A stretch of DNA of 64,000 nt from an uncultured Chloroflexia bacterium (GTDB lineage: Bacteria; Chloroflexota; Anaerolineae; CG2-30-64-16): assembly GCA_963774265.1 (NCBI GenBank), contig CAVZDU010000002.1, forward strand, positions 832,001-896,000. The letters run 5' to 3'. A model generated the notes under the pieces. It had not been told where the DNA came from. It was given only the letters and a program-made list of their open reading frames with translations, and did not search any database. Position 1 is the first letter of the stretch. Every line of letters starts with the position of its first letter. Both the position numbers and the translations under genes were made by a program. Below are positions 33,351 to 44,991 of the stretch, piece by piece.

Positions 33351-36300
33351 ATGACACTCAACCTGGATTCGGCTCGGCCCAAACATGGGCCATCGGACTC
33401 CTTGCCGCCGTGGCGCTGGTCCTGCTCTACCTGGTAGTGATGGGGCTGCGCAACCGCACCATTGCCAAACTGGGTGTGCGCAACATTCCTCGTCGACCGT
33501 CCCAGTCAGCCCTCATCATCCTGGGTCTGACGTTGAGCACCATCATCATCGTCAGCGCGCTCAGTATCGGCGACACGCTCAGCTTCTCGGTGCGCCGCCA
33601 CGCCATCAACGCTTACGGCACCATCGATCAGGTGATCTCGCCGCCCTTGCTCTCAGCGCTGGCCGGACTCGCCACGAATGCCGCGGAAGGGGATAATCCA
33701 ACCGACGCCCTGGCCGGCTCCGAGCTGTCCGGCTTGCTGGAGGGGGACCTGCTCAGTATCCTGGGATTGCTCCAGAAGGGGTTGCCGGGCATCAGCGAAG
33801 AGCGCTACGCCCAACTCCGGGATCAGGCCCAGGCAGACCCGGCCACCGCCGCCGTGGTGGACGGGCTGGCTCCCTCCATCGCCTTCCCTACCATTATCCG
33901 TGACCGGACAAGCGGCCAGGGCATCCCCCTGGGTTTCATCGTGGCCGTGAACAACGAATACGACGAGCAGTTCGGTCTCACGACGGTGGATGGGGAGCCG
34001 GTGCAGATGGAGGACCTGCGCACGGGCGTGGGGAACATCTTTGCCCAGGCGAGCAACCTCTTTCGCTGGGCGGACAGCATCGGCATCAATGTGGACAGCG
34101 TGGCCGCCGGCGTGGCCCAGGCCGGAGCGCTGCATCACCCAGGGTCAGGGACGGCTGGGTGCATCGGCCTGGTGAACCCACTCGGCCCTGACCGGACCCC
34201 GGACCTCGCCGGCACTGGGCAGTGCGTTGTCGACGGGCAACCTCGACCTGGCCGCGGCGGGAGCGGCGTTGGGCATCGACACGAACGCGATCCTCAGCGC
34301 CGTGAACCTGAACACCCTGGGCACGGAGATCGACCGCGTGCTGGAGCAGGTGGGGCTGGAACTGCGCCAGGGGGATGTCTACCTCAACAGACTGGGCGCG
34401 GAGCAGCTCAACGCGAAGCCGGGAGATGTGCTGGACATCTTCATCGGCCCCATCCCCGTGCCCTTCCGGGTGCGAGCCGTTGTGGAGCAGGCCGGCCCCT
34501 TGGGTGCGCTCAAGCCGGTGGTCATGCTGCGGCTGGATGAAGCCCAGGAACTGCTCTTCATGCCGGGGCGGGTGAACAATGTGCTCGTCTCGAACGCCGG
34601 GGATGCCTACACGGGCATGGCGAACACGGCGGCCGCGGCCCGGCAACTGAGAGCGCTGGCCCTGAACGAGGACGCCCTGGCGGAGTTGGTGGCCCTGCTT
34701 CGGGAACCGGACGTGCTGGCTGCCATCGAGGCCGGCGCGGACGGTTCCGCCCCGTCCACCGTGAGTCGAGAGGGAGAGGACATGGCCGACTTCCTGGCCT
34801 TCTTCTCCGTGGGAGGGGGCAAGGTGGCTCTGGCCGAGCGCACGCCCCGCCTGGTCGCGGAACTGGCGGGCGCCGGCGTCTCCCAGGAGCTGCGGGTGAT
34901 CCTGGCCCAGCCGGACATGCAGAGTTGGCTGCGGAGACTGCCCCTCGCCGGCGAGACCGGAGCCAGGCTGGACGAGATCCTGGGCCGGATCAGCGATCTG
35001 GAAGTGCTGGATGTGCTGAGCAAGAACACGGTGGTCGCGGCGGCAGGGATCGGCGGCAGGGTATTTACCACGGTCTTCACCATCTTTGGCATCTTCTCCA
35101 TATTCGCCGGGGTGCTTCTGATCTTCCTGATCTTCGTCATGTTGGCGGCGGAGAGACGCAGCGAGATGGGGATGGCCCGAGCCATCGGTATGCAGCGGGG
35201 CCACCTGGTGCAGATGTTCGTCTCCGAGGGCATGATCTACGATCTGGTGGCCGCCGCTCTGGGCATCGTCCTGGGGCTGGCCATCTCCTACGCCATGATC
35301 GGCTTTCTGGGCGGCATCTTCAACACGGCGGCCCAGAAGATCAGCAGCGAGCTGTCCGGCAGCCTCTTCACCTTCCGCTTCAACGTCGCCCCCACGTCGG
35401 TGGTGATCGCCTACGCCCTGGGCGTGCTCCTGACCTTTGCCGTGGTCACCTTCTCCTCCTGGCGGGTCAGTCGCCTGAACATCGTCTCGGCGATCCAGGA
35501 CACGCCGGAACCGGACGGGGGCCAACGGGGCACGGGCAAGCTGATCGGGCGGCTGATCACCGGCCCGCTGACCGTGGCCGCGGGCGCGTGGATCTACTTC
35601 GGCGTGGCGGGCGGAGCGTCGGGCGCCCTGCTGCTGATCGCGCTCTCCATGGTGCTGGTCGGCGGGTTGCTGAGCGTGAGCTGGGCGCTCTCGGCTACGT
35701 CCATGCGCACGGAACGCAGGCGACGGCTGGTCTATACAGTCATGGGCCTGGGCCTCGTGCTCATTTGGGGGCTGCCGTGGGAGACCTTGCTGCCCGGCAG
35801 GGGCTTTGGCCTGCTGCAGCAGGATCCCCAATGGACACTCCTCTCGCTGGTGGTAAAGGGTCCGGCGCTGATCCTGGGCGGTATCCTGGTCATCATGTTC
35901 AGCGCGGACATTCTGCTGCAGACGGTGAGCCGGGTGCTGGGCGGCATCGGCGCACTGACGCCGGTGCTCAAGACCGCCATCGCCTATCCCCTGACCAGTC
36001 GCTTCCGCACGGGCGTGGCCATGGTCATGTTCGCCATGATCATCACCACAGTGGTGCTCATGTCCGTGGTCATCGAGGCCACGCAAAGCGTCATCACGCC
36101 GGACGCCAAGAGCAGCGCCGGCTTTGACATCAGCACGTCGTTTGGCCTGCTCAGCTTCTTTGACCGGGTGACGGATCTGGAAGGGGAATTAGCCGGGATG
36201 AAGGACTTTCCCCACGAAGATGTGGCGGCAGTGGGGGCCATTGTCAACCGCTCGGTGGACGTGCGCCAGGCGGGCCCCGGCACGACCGGACCGTGGCATT

Positions 36301-37333
36301 CTCTCGCGCTGACGGGCATGGACGAACGCTTCATGGCCCAGGCCCGGGAGATCTACACCTTCCAACAGCGATCGGCGGGGTTCGAGAACGACGCCGCGGT
36401 CTGGCAGGCGCTGCTGGAGCGGGACGACGTGGCCATCGTCACCCCGTTCCTGGTGGCCAATCCCGACAGCAGCTACGAAAGCTCCGGCGGCGGCGGTGGC
36501 AACGACTTGATGGCCACCATCGGCGGGCTCGCCGAGGAGGCCGGCTCTCAGGATGACGCGCAGGCCACACAGGATGAGCTCAACTTCCGGCTGGCCGGCT
36601 TCACCCGGGCGGATGATCTGCCGGAGGTGTGGCTGGAGCTGCGGGACAAGTCGGGCGGACAGGTGCGCATCCACCGGGTGCAGGTGATCGGCGTGCTGTC
36701 GGACATCACCACGGTCAGCATGAACTCGGTCCACGTCAACAGCCGTGCGATAGCGCCATCGCCGCCGTCACCGGCGAGGACGTGCGGCCGGACACCTTCT
36801 TCATCAAGGTGACCGAGGGCGCGAATGTGCGGGAAGTCGCCCAGGAAGTGGAGCGGGCCTTCCTGAGCTCCGCGCTGGACGCCACGGTGATCGCGGACAG
36901 CTCCGCCCAGGGCCAGGCGTTGACCCGCGGCATCCTGCAACTGTTCCAGGGTTTCCTGGCCCTCGGGCTGCTGGTGGGCATCGCCGCTCTGGGCGTGATC
37001 AGCGCCCGCACCGTGGTGGAGCGACGGCAGCAGGTGGGCATGCTGCGGGCCATCGGCTACCAGCCTGAAATGGTCGCGCTCTCCTTTGTGCTGGAGGCCA
37101 GCTTCATCGCCCTGGTGGGCATCGGCCTGGGCACCGCTGCGGGCATCCTGATGGGACAGGCCATCATCGGCCAACTGTTCAGCGTCATCACGGCCGGGCG
37201 CACCCTGGCCGTGCCGTGGGGCCAGATCGGGATCATCGTCCTGGGCGCGTACCTTTTCTCGCTGCTCACCACGATCCTGCCCGCGATACAGGCCTCGCGC
37301 ATCTATCCGGCGGACGCGCTCCGCTACGAGTAG
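33351..37333 (+). CDS. Large FtsX/MacB-like ABC permease (frameshifted)
   Basis: Two FtsX segments (ERRSEMGMARAIG, ERRQQVGMLRAIG), ends PADALRYE; split over three ORFs. Confidence 0.85.
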
Positions 37334-37355
37334 GGCGGACCTCCTACATGGCGAC

Positions 37356-37394
37356 AAGGCTTCCCGGCCTGCCCATACGGGCCGGGAAGCCTTT
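37356..37394 (+). terminator. Hairpin terminator after the ABC operon
   Basis: AAGGCTTCCCGGCC-loop-GGCCGGGAAGCCTT. Confidence 0.65.
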
Positions 37395-37741
37395 GAGCGA
37401 CCACAGGTTTTGTCGCACGAGCAGCTCTTGCTGTAGCAGGCGGTGATGGTGGTGCCATCCGGGATCGATGCAGACACGATACTGGCAAGGCCAAGAAGCA
37501 TCGCCAATATCAGCGGGATTCCGACCAGGCGGGACTTAATCATGGTTCACTCCTGAATGCGTATTGGCTGGATAAAGAGAATGCTAGAGTACGTACGAAC
37601 CGACAACAGTGATAGCGCTTCCTGTCAAGCACAATCTCTGCACAATATTTATGCAACCATTGGCCAAACGGTAACACCGTGCAGGCCCTATTCTACATTG
37701 GGGCGCTTCCTGAATTGTGGCGCATGTTCTATAATCGTCCT

Positions 37742-40486
37742 ATGTCCGCACCCATCTTAGCCACCAAACTGTATGTTCCCCCACCCCGGCCTAACGTTGT
37801 CCCTCGCCCCCGCCTGATCGGACGGCTGTACGAGGGTCTGCGCCAAAACCAGGGCTTTAGCCGCAAGCTGACCCTCATCTCGGCCCCCGCCGGCTTCGGT
37901 AAAACCACGCTGGTCAGCGAATGGGTCGCGGGTTGGCCGCGCATCGAACCAAAGGTCCGCGTTGCCTGGCTGTCGCTGGACGAAGGGGACAACGACACGG
38001 CACGCTTTCTGGCCTACCTCGTCGCGGCGCTGCAAACGATCGCGCCCCGAGGGTCCGCTGGCGGCGAGATCGGAGCCGGGGTGCTGGCTAGCCTGCAATC
38101 CGCTCAGCCGCCGCCAACCGAATTGCTTCTGACAACCCTGCTCAATGAAATCGCCGCGGTCCCGGACCATTTCATCCTCGTCCTGGATGACTACCACGTG
38201 GTTGATTCTGAACCGATTGACGCGGCCCTCATCTTTCTGGTGGAACATTTGCCGCCGCAGATGCACCTGGCCATCGCCACGCGTGAGGATCCACAGCTAC
38301 CCCTGGCCCGGTACCGCGCCCGGGGCCAGTTGACCGAGCTGCGCGCCGCCGACTTGCGTTTCACCCCCGCCGAAGCCGCCGAATTTCTCAACCAGGTGAT
38401 GGGGTTAAGCCTCTCGCCGGAAAACATCGCCGCCCTGGAAACCCGCACCGAAGGCTGGATTGCCGGCCTGCAATTAGCCGCGATTTCAATGCGGGGACAT
38501 GGGGATGCCACCGGCTTCATCCAATCCTTCACCGGGGGCCACCATTTCGTGCTGGACTACCTGGTTGAAGAAGTGCTGCACCAGCAGCCTCAGAGCATCC
38601 AGGCATTCCTGCTGCGCACATCCATCCTCGACCGCCTGTGCGGCCCCCTGTGTGACGCCGTTATGAACGGGGAGGCCGGCCAGGGCACCCTGGAATATCT
38701 CGAACGCGCCAACCTCTTCATCGTCCCGCTGGACAACGAGCGGCGCTGGTACCGCTATCACCATCTCTTTGCCGATCTGTTGCGGGGGCGATTGCAGCAG
38801 GGCGACGACGCGGCCGAATTGCATCTTCGCGCGAGCCGGTGGTATGAAAACAACGGTTATGAGGCCGAAGCCTTCCATCACGCGCTTGCCGCCGGGGATT
38901 ACGGCCGGGCAGCGGGATTGGCCGAGCTAGCATGGGTGGGCATGGACAGGGTTTTTCAATCCGCGGCCTGGCTTGGCTGGATCAAAAAACTGCCGGACGA
39001 GGAGGTCCGAGCCCGGCCCGTGCTCTGCACCCAGATTGCCTATGCCTTGACGGACGCCGGCGAGCTGGAGGCCAGCGAATCGCGCTTGCGGGACGCCGAA
39101 CGGTGGCTGGATGTCACGGAAGCCTCATCGGGTGCGATGGTTGTCGTGGATAAGGAGCTGTTTCGGGCTTTGCCCGCGAGGATCGCAATTATCCGCGCGT
39201 CGAATGCCCAGGCCCAGGGCGATTTCGCCGGCACGGTGAAATACGCTGAGCTGGCGCTCGCTCTCAGTTCTGAAGACGATTTCAATCACGAAGCGGCAAC
39301 CGTCATTTTGGGCATGGCCAACTGGGCGCGCGGCGAGCTGGAGCCGGCCAAGAGGGTCATGAAGGATTGGATCAACGGGATGCAAAAGGCCGGCAATACC
39401 GCTTTTGCCCTTGTCAGCATGAGCTACCTGGCCGATATGATCGTGTCCCAGGGGCGTCTCCGGGAGGCAGTAACCGCATACCGGCAAACATTGTCGCTCG
39501 CGTCAGCGTGCGACAAATCCGTGCTGCCAATGACGGCGAATGCCCACCTGGGTTTAGCCTTGATCTTTCACGAGCAAGACAATCAGGAAGCCGCCGCACA
39601 AGACCTGCTCCAAAGCAAGGAGCTGGGTGAAGGGACCTCGTTGATTGACTGGCCCTGTCGCTGGCATCTTGCCCAGGCCCGCCTCAAAGAGGCCGGGGGC
39701 GATCTGGAAACCGCTCTTGACCTGCTGGATGAGGCCAGGCGCCTGTATGTCAGGGAGCCCGTGCCGGATATCCGTCCCGTAGAGGCCTTGAAAGCCAGGG
39801 TGTACGTCAAGCAAGGTCGACTAACCAGGGCCTTTGATTGGGTTCGTGAGCGAGGTCTGACCGTTGATGATGATCTCAGCTACCTGCGCGAGTTCGAGCA
39901 CATCACCCTGGCCAGGGTGCTCCTCGCCGACTACATGAGCCACCGCGCCGAACGCTCCGTGCTTCAGGCTATCGCCTTCCTGGATCGCCTCTTGCAGGCG
40001 GCGGAAGCAGGGGGTCGGATAGGGAGCGCGATCGAAATCCTGGCGCTGCAGGCGCTCGCTCACCGGGCGCAGGGCAACATCCCCCGGGCTCTCGCCTCCC
40101 TGGAACGCGCCCTGGCTTTCGCCGAGCCGGAAGGCTATATCCGGGTCTTTGTCGACGAAGGCCCGGCCATGGCGGACCTTCTGGCAAGGATGAAGGCGGA
40201 AGACGAAGAACGGAAGGCGTATGTCCACAGATTGCTCGCTGGTTGCGGAGCAAAAGAAGCTCGTCCTTCATCCGTCACCCGTCAGCCTACGGTTGAGCCG
40301 CTGAGCGAGCGCGAGCTTGAAGTGCTCAGGTTGCTCCGTACGGACTTGAGTGGCCCCGAAATTGCCCGCGAGCTCATGGTGTCCCTGAACACCCTGCGAA
40401 CCCACACCAAAAACATCTTCGGAAAGCTTGGGGTGAACAGCCGCCGCGCGGCCATCCACCGCGCGCAAGAACTCAATTTACTGTAA
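37742..40486 (+). CDS. MalT-like STAND-TPR-LuxR regulator, copy 4 (intact, divergent C-terminal half)
   Basis: Walker A/B as in copies 1-3; HTH VSLNTLRTHTKNIFGKL; TATAAT at 37730, 6 nt, then ATG. Confidence 0.95.
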   Translation: MSAPILATKLYVPPPRPNVVPRPRLIGRLYEGLRQNQGFSRKLTLISAPAGFGKTTLVSEWVAGWPRIEPKVRVAWLSLDEGDNDTARFLAYLVAALQTIAPRGSAGGEIGAGVLASLQSAQPPPTELLLTTLLNEIAAVPDHFILVLDDYHVVDSEPIDAALIFLVEHLPPQMHLAIATREDPQLPLARYRARGQLTELRAADLRFTPAEAAEFLNQVMGLSLSPENIAALETRTEGWIAGLQLAAISMRGHGDATGFIQSFTGGHHFVLDYLVEEVLHQQPQSIQAFLLRTSILDRLCGPLCDAVMNGEAGQGTLEYLERANLFIVPLDNERRWYRYHHLFADLLRGRLQQGDDAAELHLRASRWYENNGYEAEAFHHALAAGDYGRAAGLAELAWVGMDRVFQSAAWLGWIKKLPDEEVRARPVLCTQIAYALTDAGELEASESRLRDAERWLDVTEASSGAMVVVDKELFRALPARIAIIRASNAQAQGDFAGTVKYAELALALSSEDDFNHEAATVILGMANWARGELEPAKRVMKDWINGMQKAGNTAFALVSMSYLADMIVSQGRLREAVTAYRQTLSLASACDKSVLPMTANAHLGLALIFHEQDNQEAAAQDLLQSKELGEGTSLIDWPCRWHLAQARLKEAGGDLETALDLLDEARRLYVREPVPDIRPVEALKARVYVKQGRLTRAFDWVRERGLTVDDDLSYLREFEHITLARVLLADYMSHRAERSVLQAIAFLDRLLQAAEAGGRIGSAIEILALQALAHRAQGNIPRALASLERALAFAEPEGYIRVFVDEGPAMADLLARMKAEDEERKAYVHRLLAGCGAKEARPSSVTRQPTVEPLSERELEVLRLLRTDLSGPEIARELMVSLNTLRTHTKNIFGKLGVNSRRAAIHRAQELNLL

Positions 40487-40533
40487 CCAACACCCGTTCA
40501 CCGACCCCTCACCCCGGCATCGGAATAGCCTCA

Positions 40534-40581
40534 ATCACCACATCGATCACCACACCTGGTGATGACGCGTCACCATATAAT
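40534..40581 (+). promoter_or_regulatory. Putative operator/promoter, ATCACCAC type
   Basis: ATCACCAC at 40534 and 40546, inverted GGTGAT at 40558, TATAAT at 40576. Confidence 0.7.
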
Positions 40582-40630
40582 CGGGTATCTTTGGGTCATA
40601 GAAAAGAGCAAACGGAACCAGGGAGGAAGA

Positions 40631-41050
40631 ATGAACACAAGCACGACGATCACCGCAATGGAATCGATGAAATCGAAACTTCAGACATTATGGATATTCC
40701 TAATGCTGAACTGGCTGTACTGCGATATCCTCAGCAACATGGAGGCTGGGGTTCTGCAGGGATACCTGACCGGAAGCGTGGGGAACATCCAGGTCACCCC
40801 AACGTTCTTGCTGGGCTCCGCGATCCTCATGGAGATTCCGATAGCCATGGTTCTCCTGTCCAGGGTGCTGAAATACCGGGCGAATCGTTGGGCCAACATC
40901 ATTGCCGGGACGATCATGGCGGCTGTTCAGCTTGCGTCGTTCTCTTTTGGCACGGGGCCAACGCCGCACTACGTGTTCTATTCGATCATCGAAGTCGCGT
41001 GTGCTGCATTCATTGTCTGGTCTGCCTGGAACTGGCGCAACCCCGCCTGA
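40631..41050 (+). CDS. DUF6326-like membrane protein
   Basis: KLQTLWIFLMLNWLYCDIL, LMEIPIAMV, NRWANII; GGAGG RBS. Confidence 0.8.
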   Translation: MNTSTTITAMESMKSKLQTLWIFLMLNWLYCDILSNMEAGVLQGYLTGSVGNIQVTPTFLLGSAILMEIPIAMVLLSRVLKYRANRWANIIAGTIMAAVQLASFSFGTGPTPHYVFYSIIEVACAAFIVWSAWNWRNPA

Positions 41051-41200
41051 GACGAGCGGACGAACAAAGTTGGCACATCGTATGCAGTGTTGCCGAGTAA
41101 TCTGCAATGTGCGCCTATAATCGGGGCCGACTCGGAAGCGTTGGCCGTCCAGCTGCCACAGCGGCCCCGCATCCCAGCACACTGCAGTAGGAGTATCCGA

Positions 41201-43168
41201 ATGCGTTCTGGAAGAGTATTGGCAGTCTTGAGTTTAGTTGCCCTGCTCATCGGCCTGTTGCCGGCTGTCCCGGCAAGTGCCCAAACGAGCGCTCTCGGCC
41301 CGTCGCCCACCCGGCAGATCCCTGCCGGAGGATTCACCAGCATCCGGTCGGGGCCTGAGGGACCCGATGGACTTCAGCAGCCGGAATTGCGTCCCGGTTC
41401 CACACAAGACGAGGGAGCCGGCAGCTTCAACCGGCCCCGGCCCGGCTTCAAGAACGGCAAGTTCCCGAAGAAGCCGCTCGACGCCCCAACCGTGCCATCC
41501 AGCGCGGTCGCCAGCTCGAACCCTGAGCTCAGCCTCAGCTTCGACGGCCTGAATCACCGCCAACAACGGCTCGCGAACGGCGGCAACCAGTGGACCCTTG
41601 AGCCACCCGACCAGGGGCTCTGCGTAGGCAACGGCTACGTGGTCGAGGTCGTCAACAGCGTCATCCGTGTGTGGAACACGAGCGGCAGCGCGCTGTCTGG
41701 CGTGCAGGATCTCAATACGTTCTTTGGCTACCCCGCCGCCATCGATCGGGCGACGGGAGTAGTCGGCCCCGACGTGATCGACCCTCAGTGCTATTACGAC
41801 CCGGACAACAACCGGTTCGTTGTCGACATCACGACGCTCGACGTGGATGCCGATGGCAACTACAACGGTAAGAACACGATCGACGTCGCTGTCAGTAACA
41901 CAGGCGACCCAACCGGCGCCTGGACGATCTACAACATTCCAGCCCAAAACGATGGGACGGATGGGACGCCCGACCACGGTTGTACGACCGACGGCACGAC
42001 CCCGGGTCCGTGCTTCCAGGATTATCCGCACATCGGCGCCGACAAATACGGCGTCTACATCACGACGAACGAGTACGATCTGTTCGGACCCAGCTACAAC
42101 GCCGCACAGATCTTCGCCTTCTCTAAGGCACAGCTTGCCGCGCACCCGGGGTCGATCAATATGACGCTGATCGAAAACCTCAGTGTCGACGGCTCGCCGG
42201 GCTTCACGGTTTGGCCTGCGACTTCACCGGCCGGGCAGTATGCAAGCGATAAGAACGGCACCGAATACTTCCTCAGCACGATCGCTGGGGACGGCTCCGA
42301 GACCGGGAACCCAACGGGCACCGCCCGGCGTATCGGCCTGTGGGCGGTCACCAACACCCGGTCTCTCGGCTCGGCCACGCCGGCCCTCAATTGGACGAGC
42401 CGCCTGATCAACAGCGAGACATACGTGTTCCCGCCCCAGGCAGACCAAAAGCCCGGCAACATCCCAGTGGCCGACTGCATCAACGACGCCACCTCGCCTA
42501 CGCCATTTGGCCCGGGCTGCTGGCAGATCATCGTCCTCCCGCCTGAACCGGCTCACAACGAGGTCGAGGTGCACATCGATTCGAACGATACCCGCATGCA
42601 ACAGACGTGGTACGTGAACGGCGTGCTGTGGGGATCCGCCGATACGGCCGTGTGGGTCAATGGCGAGCTCAAGGCGGGTGTGGCCTGGTTCGCAGTGCAG
42701 CCGAAGATCAACGGCGTTGGGAAGGTGGAAGGCCGGGTCAGGATGCAAGGCTATCTTGCGCTGGCAAACAACAACCTGACCTACCCTGCCCTCGCGATGG
42801 GGACCAACGGCAAGGGCGCGATTGCGTTCACCGTCACAGGTGAGGACTATTATCCAAGCGCGGGTTACGCGTCGATCGGTGCGGACGGCTCTGTAGGGCC
42901 GATTCACATCGCGCAGGCCGGGCTTGGCCCGGACGACGGCTTCACCGGTTACAATGCCTTCGGGTATGTTCGCCCGCGTTGGGGCGACTACGGCGCTGCC
43001 GTGACCGACGGCAGCTCGATCTGGATCGCCTCGGAATACATCGGCCAGACCTGCACCTATGCCGAGTACTATCCCGTCCCGCCGAGTCTCGCCGACTTCG
43101 GGAGCTGTGGCGGCACGCGGACGTCCCTCGCCAACTGGGGCACGCGGCTGAGCAAACTGAATCCGTAG
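41201..43168 (+). CDS. Secreted beta-rich hypothetical protein
   Basis: Signal peptide ..PASAQ; EPPDQGLCVG, DYPHIG, RWGDYGA. Confidence 0.8.
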   Translation: MRSGRVLAVLSLVALLIGLLPAVPASAQTSALGPSPTRQIPAGGFTSIRSGPEGPDGLQQPELRPGSTQDEGAGSFNRPRPGFKNGKFPKKPLDAPTVPSSAVASSNPELSLSFDGLNHRQQRLANGGNQWTLEPPDQGLCVGNGYVVEVVNSVIRVWNTSGSALSGVQDLNTFFGYPAAIDRATGVVGPDVIDPQCYYDPDNNRFVVDITTLDVDADGNYNGKNTIDVAVSNTGDPTGAWTIYNIPAQNDGTDGTPDHGCTTDGTTPGPCFQDYPHIGADKYGVYITTNEYDLFGPSYNAAQIFAFSKAQLAAHPGSINMTLIENLSVDGSPGFTVWPATSPAGQYASDKNGTEYFLSTIAGDGSETGNPTGTARRIGLWAVTNTRSLGSATPALNWTSRLINSETYVFPPQADQKPGNIPVADCINDATSPTPFGPGCWQIIVLPPEPAHNEVEVHIDSNDTRMQQTWYVNGVLWGSADTAVWVNGELKAGVAWFAVQPKINGVGKVEGRVRMQGYLALANNNLTYPALAMGTNGKGAIAFTVTGEDYYPSAGYASIGADGSVGPIHIAQAGLGPDDGFTGYNAFGYVRPRWGDYGAAVTDGSSIWIASEYIGQTCTYAEYYPVPPSLADFGSCGGTRTSLANWGTRLSKLNP

Positions 43169-43199
43169 GCCCCCGGCAGGCGTTGTCGGAAACACGACG

Positions 43200-43235
43200 A
43201 AGACCCGAAGGGCGCCGCGACGCCTTTCGGGTCTT
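43200..43235 (+). terminator. Intrinsic terminator
   Basis: AAGACCCGAAGGGCG-loop-CGCCTTTCGGGTCTT followed by a T-rich tail. Confidence 0.7.
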
Positions 43236-43413
43236 GTCTTTGCGGGGTGGGCGTCATCCTGGCGGATCAAAGCGAGGTTCTACAAAAGATTGGCCTGCTG
43301 TTGGCAGAGTAGCTCCACCATCTCCTGGTGACTGCATCTGGCAGCGGAACGGCAGCAAAGTTGCCGCCATGGTGGGCGGCTTTCGCGTGGGGCGGGCCGG
43401 TCACCTGGGCTGG

Positions 43414-43509
43414 GCCTAACACTGCTTTCAGCTGACGGCTGCGCCGGTCGCGCTGTGGGTCGCGGCAGGTTCATTGGTGCAGCCGCAGGTGAACCTTGGG
43501 CCATTACCC
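43414..43509 (+). repeat. attC-like site 1
   Basis: GCCTAAC, arms TTCAGCTGACGGCTGCGCC / GGTGCAGCCGCAGGTGAA with an unpaired base, ends CCATTACCC. Confidence 0.6.
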
Positions 43510-43931
43510 ATTGGTCCTCCCGGTTGACCTTACCCTCCGTCGCCATTCCCATCCACCAAATCCGCCACCTGATCCAGCCTATCGACAGTCTCTTCGATAA
43601 TGCAGGTTGCCGGCTCAGCCAAGTCGATCTCAATGGCGATGGCGGCCAGGTCCTCAGCGCTTCTAGCACGCCACCCTCTCGTGATAAAACGTCCAACCTT
43701 GACTGTCATCCCCTTTGCGACCATCGCAGTCTGTGATAGCATCTGCGCCAGGCGACACAAAACCCTGCATGATCGAATCGCGGGCGTGTGTAGAGTGTGC
43801 CGGCACGAGCGGCGAGCCGCTTGCGTAGATCAGGGTTTCGCTGATGGACTCCTTTGCGGGTGTCCGAAGGGTCACAAATGACCAAACGCTCACCCCATAT
43901 CGATGTAGATCGCTCGCCATTCGGAGGCAGA

Positions 43932-44783
43932 ATGAAGAAAAAAGTATTGGCCTTCATCAAGATATTTGACGTCGTAATGCTCGCTGCGACCATCGTTTTT
44001 TGCGGTGTAATCTCCTTTCTGGACTTCTCTGGATTGCTCGGCAGTTCCGAGATGAAGGATAGAATCCCCACCTTCACTCTGCTGGCAGTAGCGCTTTTGG
44101 GATTCTACATTTTGCTGGAACGAAGAGGCCAATTGTCGGGGATACATGACAAGGTTCAGACGATATCGCAATCCGGTGAAGTATTCACCCGGCGCATCAT
44201 TGAGTCGCTAGATGGCGTGGACGTAACAAGATTCGAAAACCAGTTGTCGTGCCTGCAGTATGTGAACAAACGACTGCGCTCAACGAGCAAGAGCATTGAT
44301 GATCTGTCATGGGCACCAGCAAGGATTACGAGCGATGACCTCGAAGTCATAACAACAGAGAGGTCAAAGCATCGCGATCTCGTACATGCTACTGCAAGGA
44401 AAATACCATATCGCGAGATTTTCATATTCAACGAAGGTAGAAAGGAGAAGTTACGCGATTCGCTCTCACTGGACACACTAGGATACTCGTGCGGCTATTA
44501 TGACACCGTGGGTAAGGCACCGCTGTTGCAGTTCATGATCGTTGATGAAGAGGAAGTCATCGTCTTGACCGGAGGCTATACGTATCTGGCGTTTCGGCAC
44601 GCGAAGCTGGTTACCCTTTTTCGGCAGTACTATGAGGATATTTGGACAAGATCGAGCAAGCTAAAGATCGGCATAAGAGCCGATTTTCATGAACTTGAGA
44701 AGGTTCTGGGCACGGAAAAAACTGCCGTTCTCAAGGAGAAAATGACGAGCGCAGTTCCTGCAGACTTAAATCAAGGGAGTTAG
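43932..44783 (+). CDS. Two-TM hypothetical protein with possible inactive PLD-like C-terminal domain
   Basis: GGAGG RBS, two hydrophobic helices, FMIVDEEEV..F..YYEDIW pattern; lower GC. Confidence 0.7.
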   Translation: MKKKVLAFIKIFDVVMLAATIVFCGVISFLDFSGLLGSSEMKDRIPTFTLLAVALLGFYILLERRGQLSGIHDKVQTISQSGEVFTRRIIESLDGVDVTRFENQLSCLQYVNKRLRSTSKSIDDLSWAPARITSDDLEVITTERSKHRDLVHATARKIPYREIFIFNEGRKEKLRDSLSLDTLGYSCGYYDTVGKAPLLQFMIVDEEEVIVLTGGYTYLAFRHAKLVTLFRQYYEDIWTRSSKLKIGIRADFHELEKVLGTEKTAVLKEKMTSAVPADLNQGS

Positions 44784-44991
44784 GCTATGCCAACTATCAG
44801 AATCCCCCGCCTTCCACTGATGTTATTATGGAGGAAACAACCCATCGCAACCACTGCCACGATTCCAGCAGACCGGGGATAACCTTCTGGATCGTCATTT
44901 GCGGTGATGGCGGGTTGTGGTAGCGCCTGTTCCAGGCAAAGCGACAACTCCGTCCCAGGGCCGAGCCTGAAAACCAAGCGGGGAGGTTAAA

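Noticed and set aside
36548-37543. 331-aa ORF as a full gene
   Set aside because: Only the first ~40 aa (signal peptide and SIPDG..ACY) look real; the rest is antisense to the permease, so it is probably a truncated remnant.
44779-44785. GTTAGGC as a further attC end
   Set aside because: Overlaps a stop codon, with no upstream RYYYAAC or hairpin.
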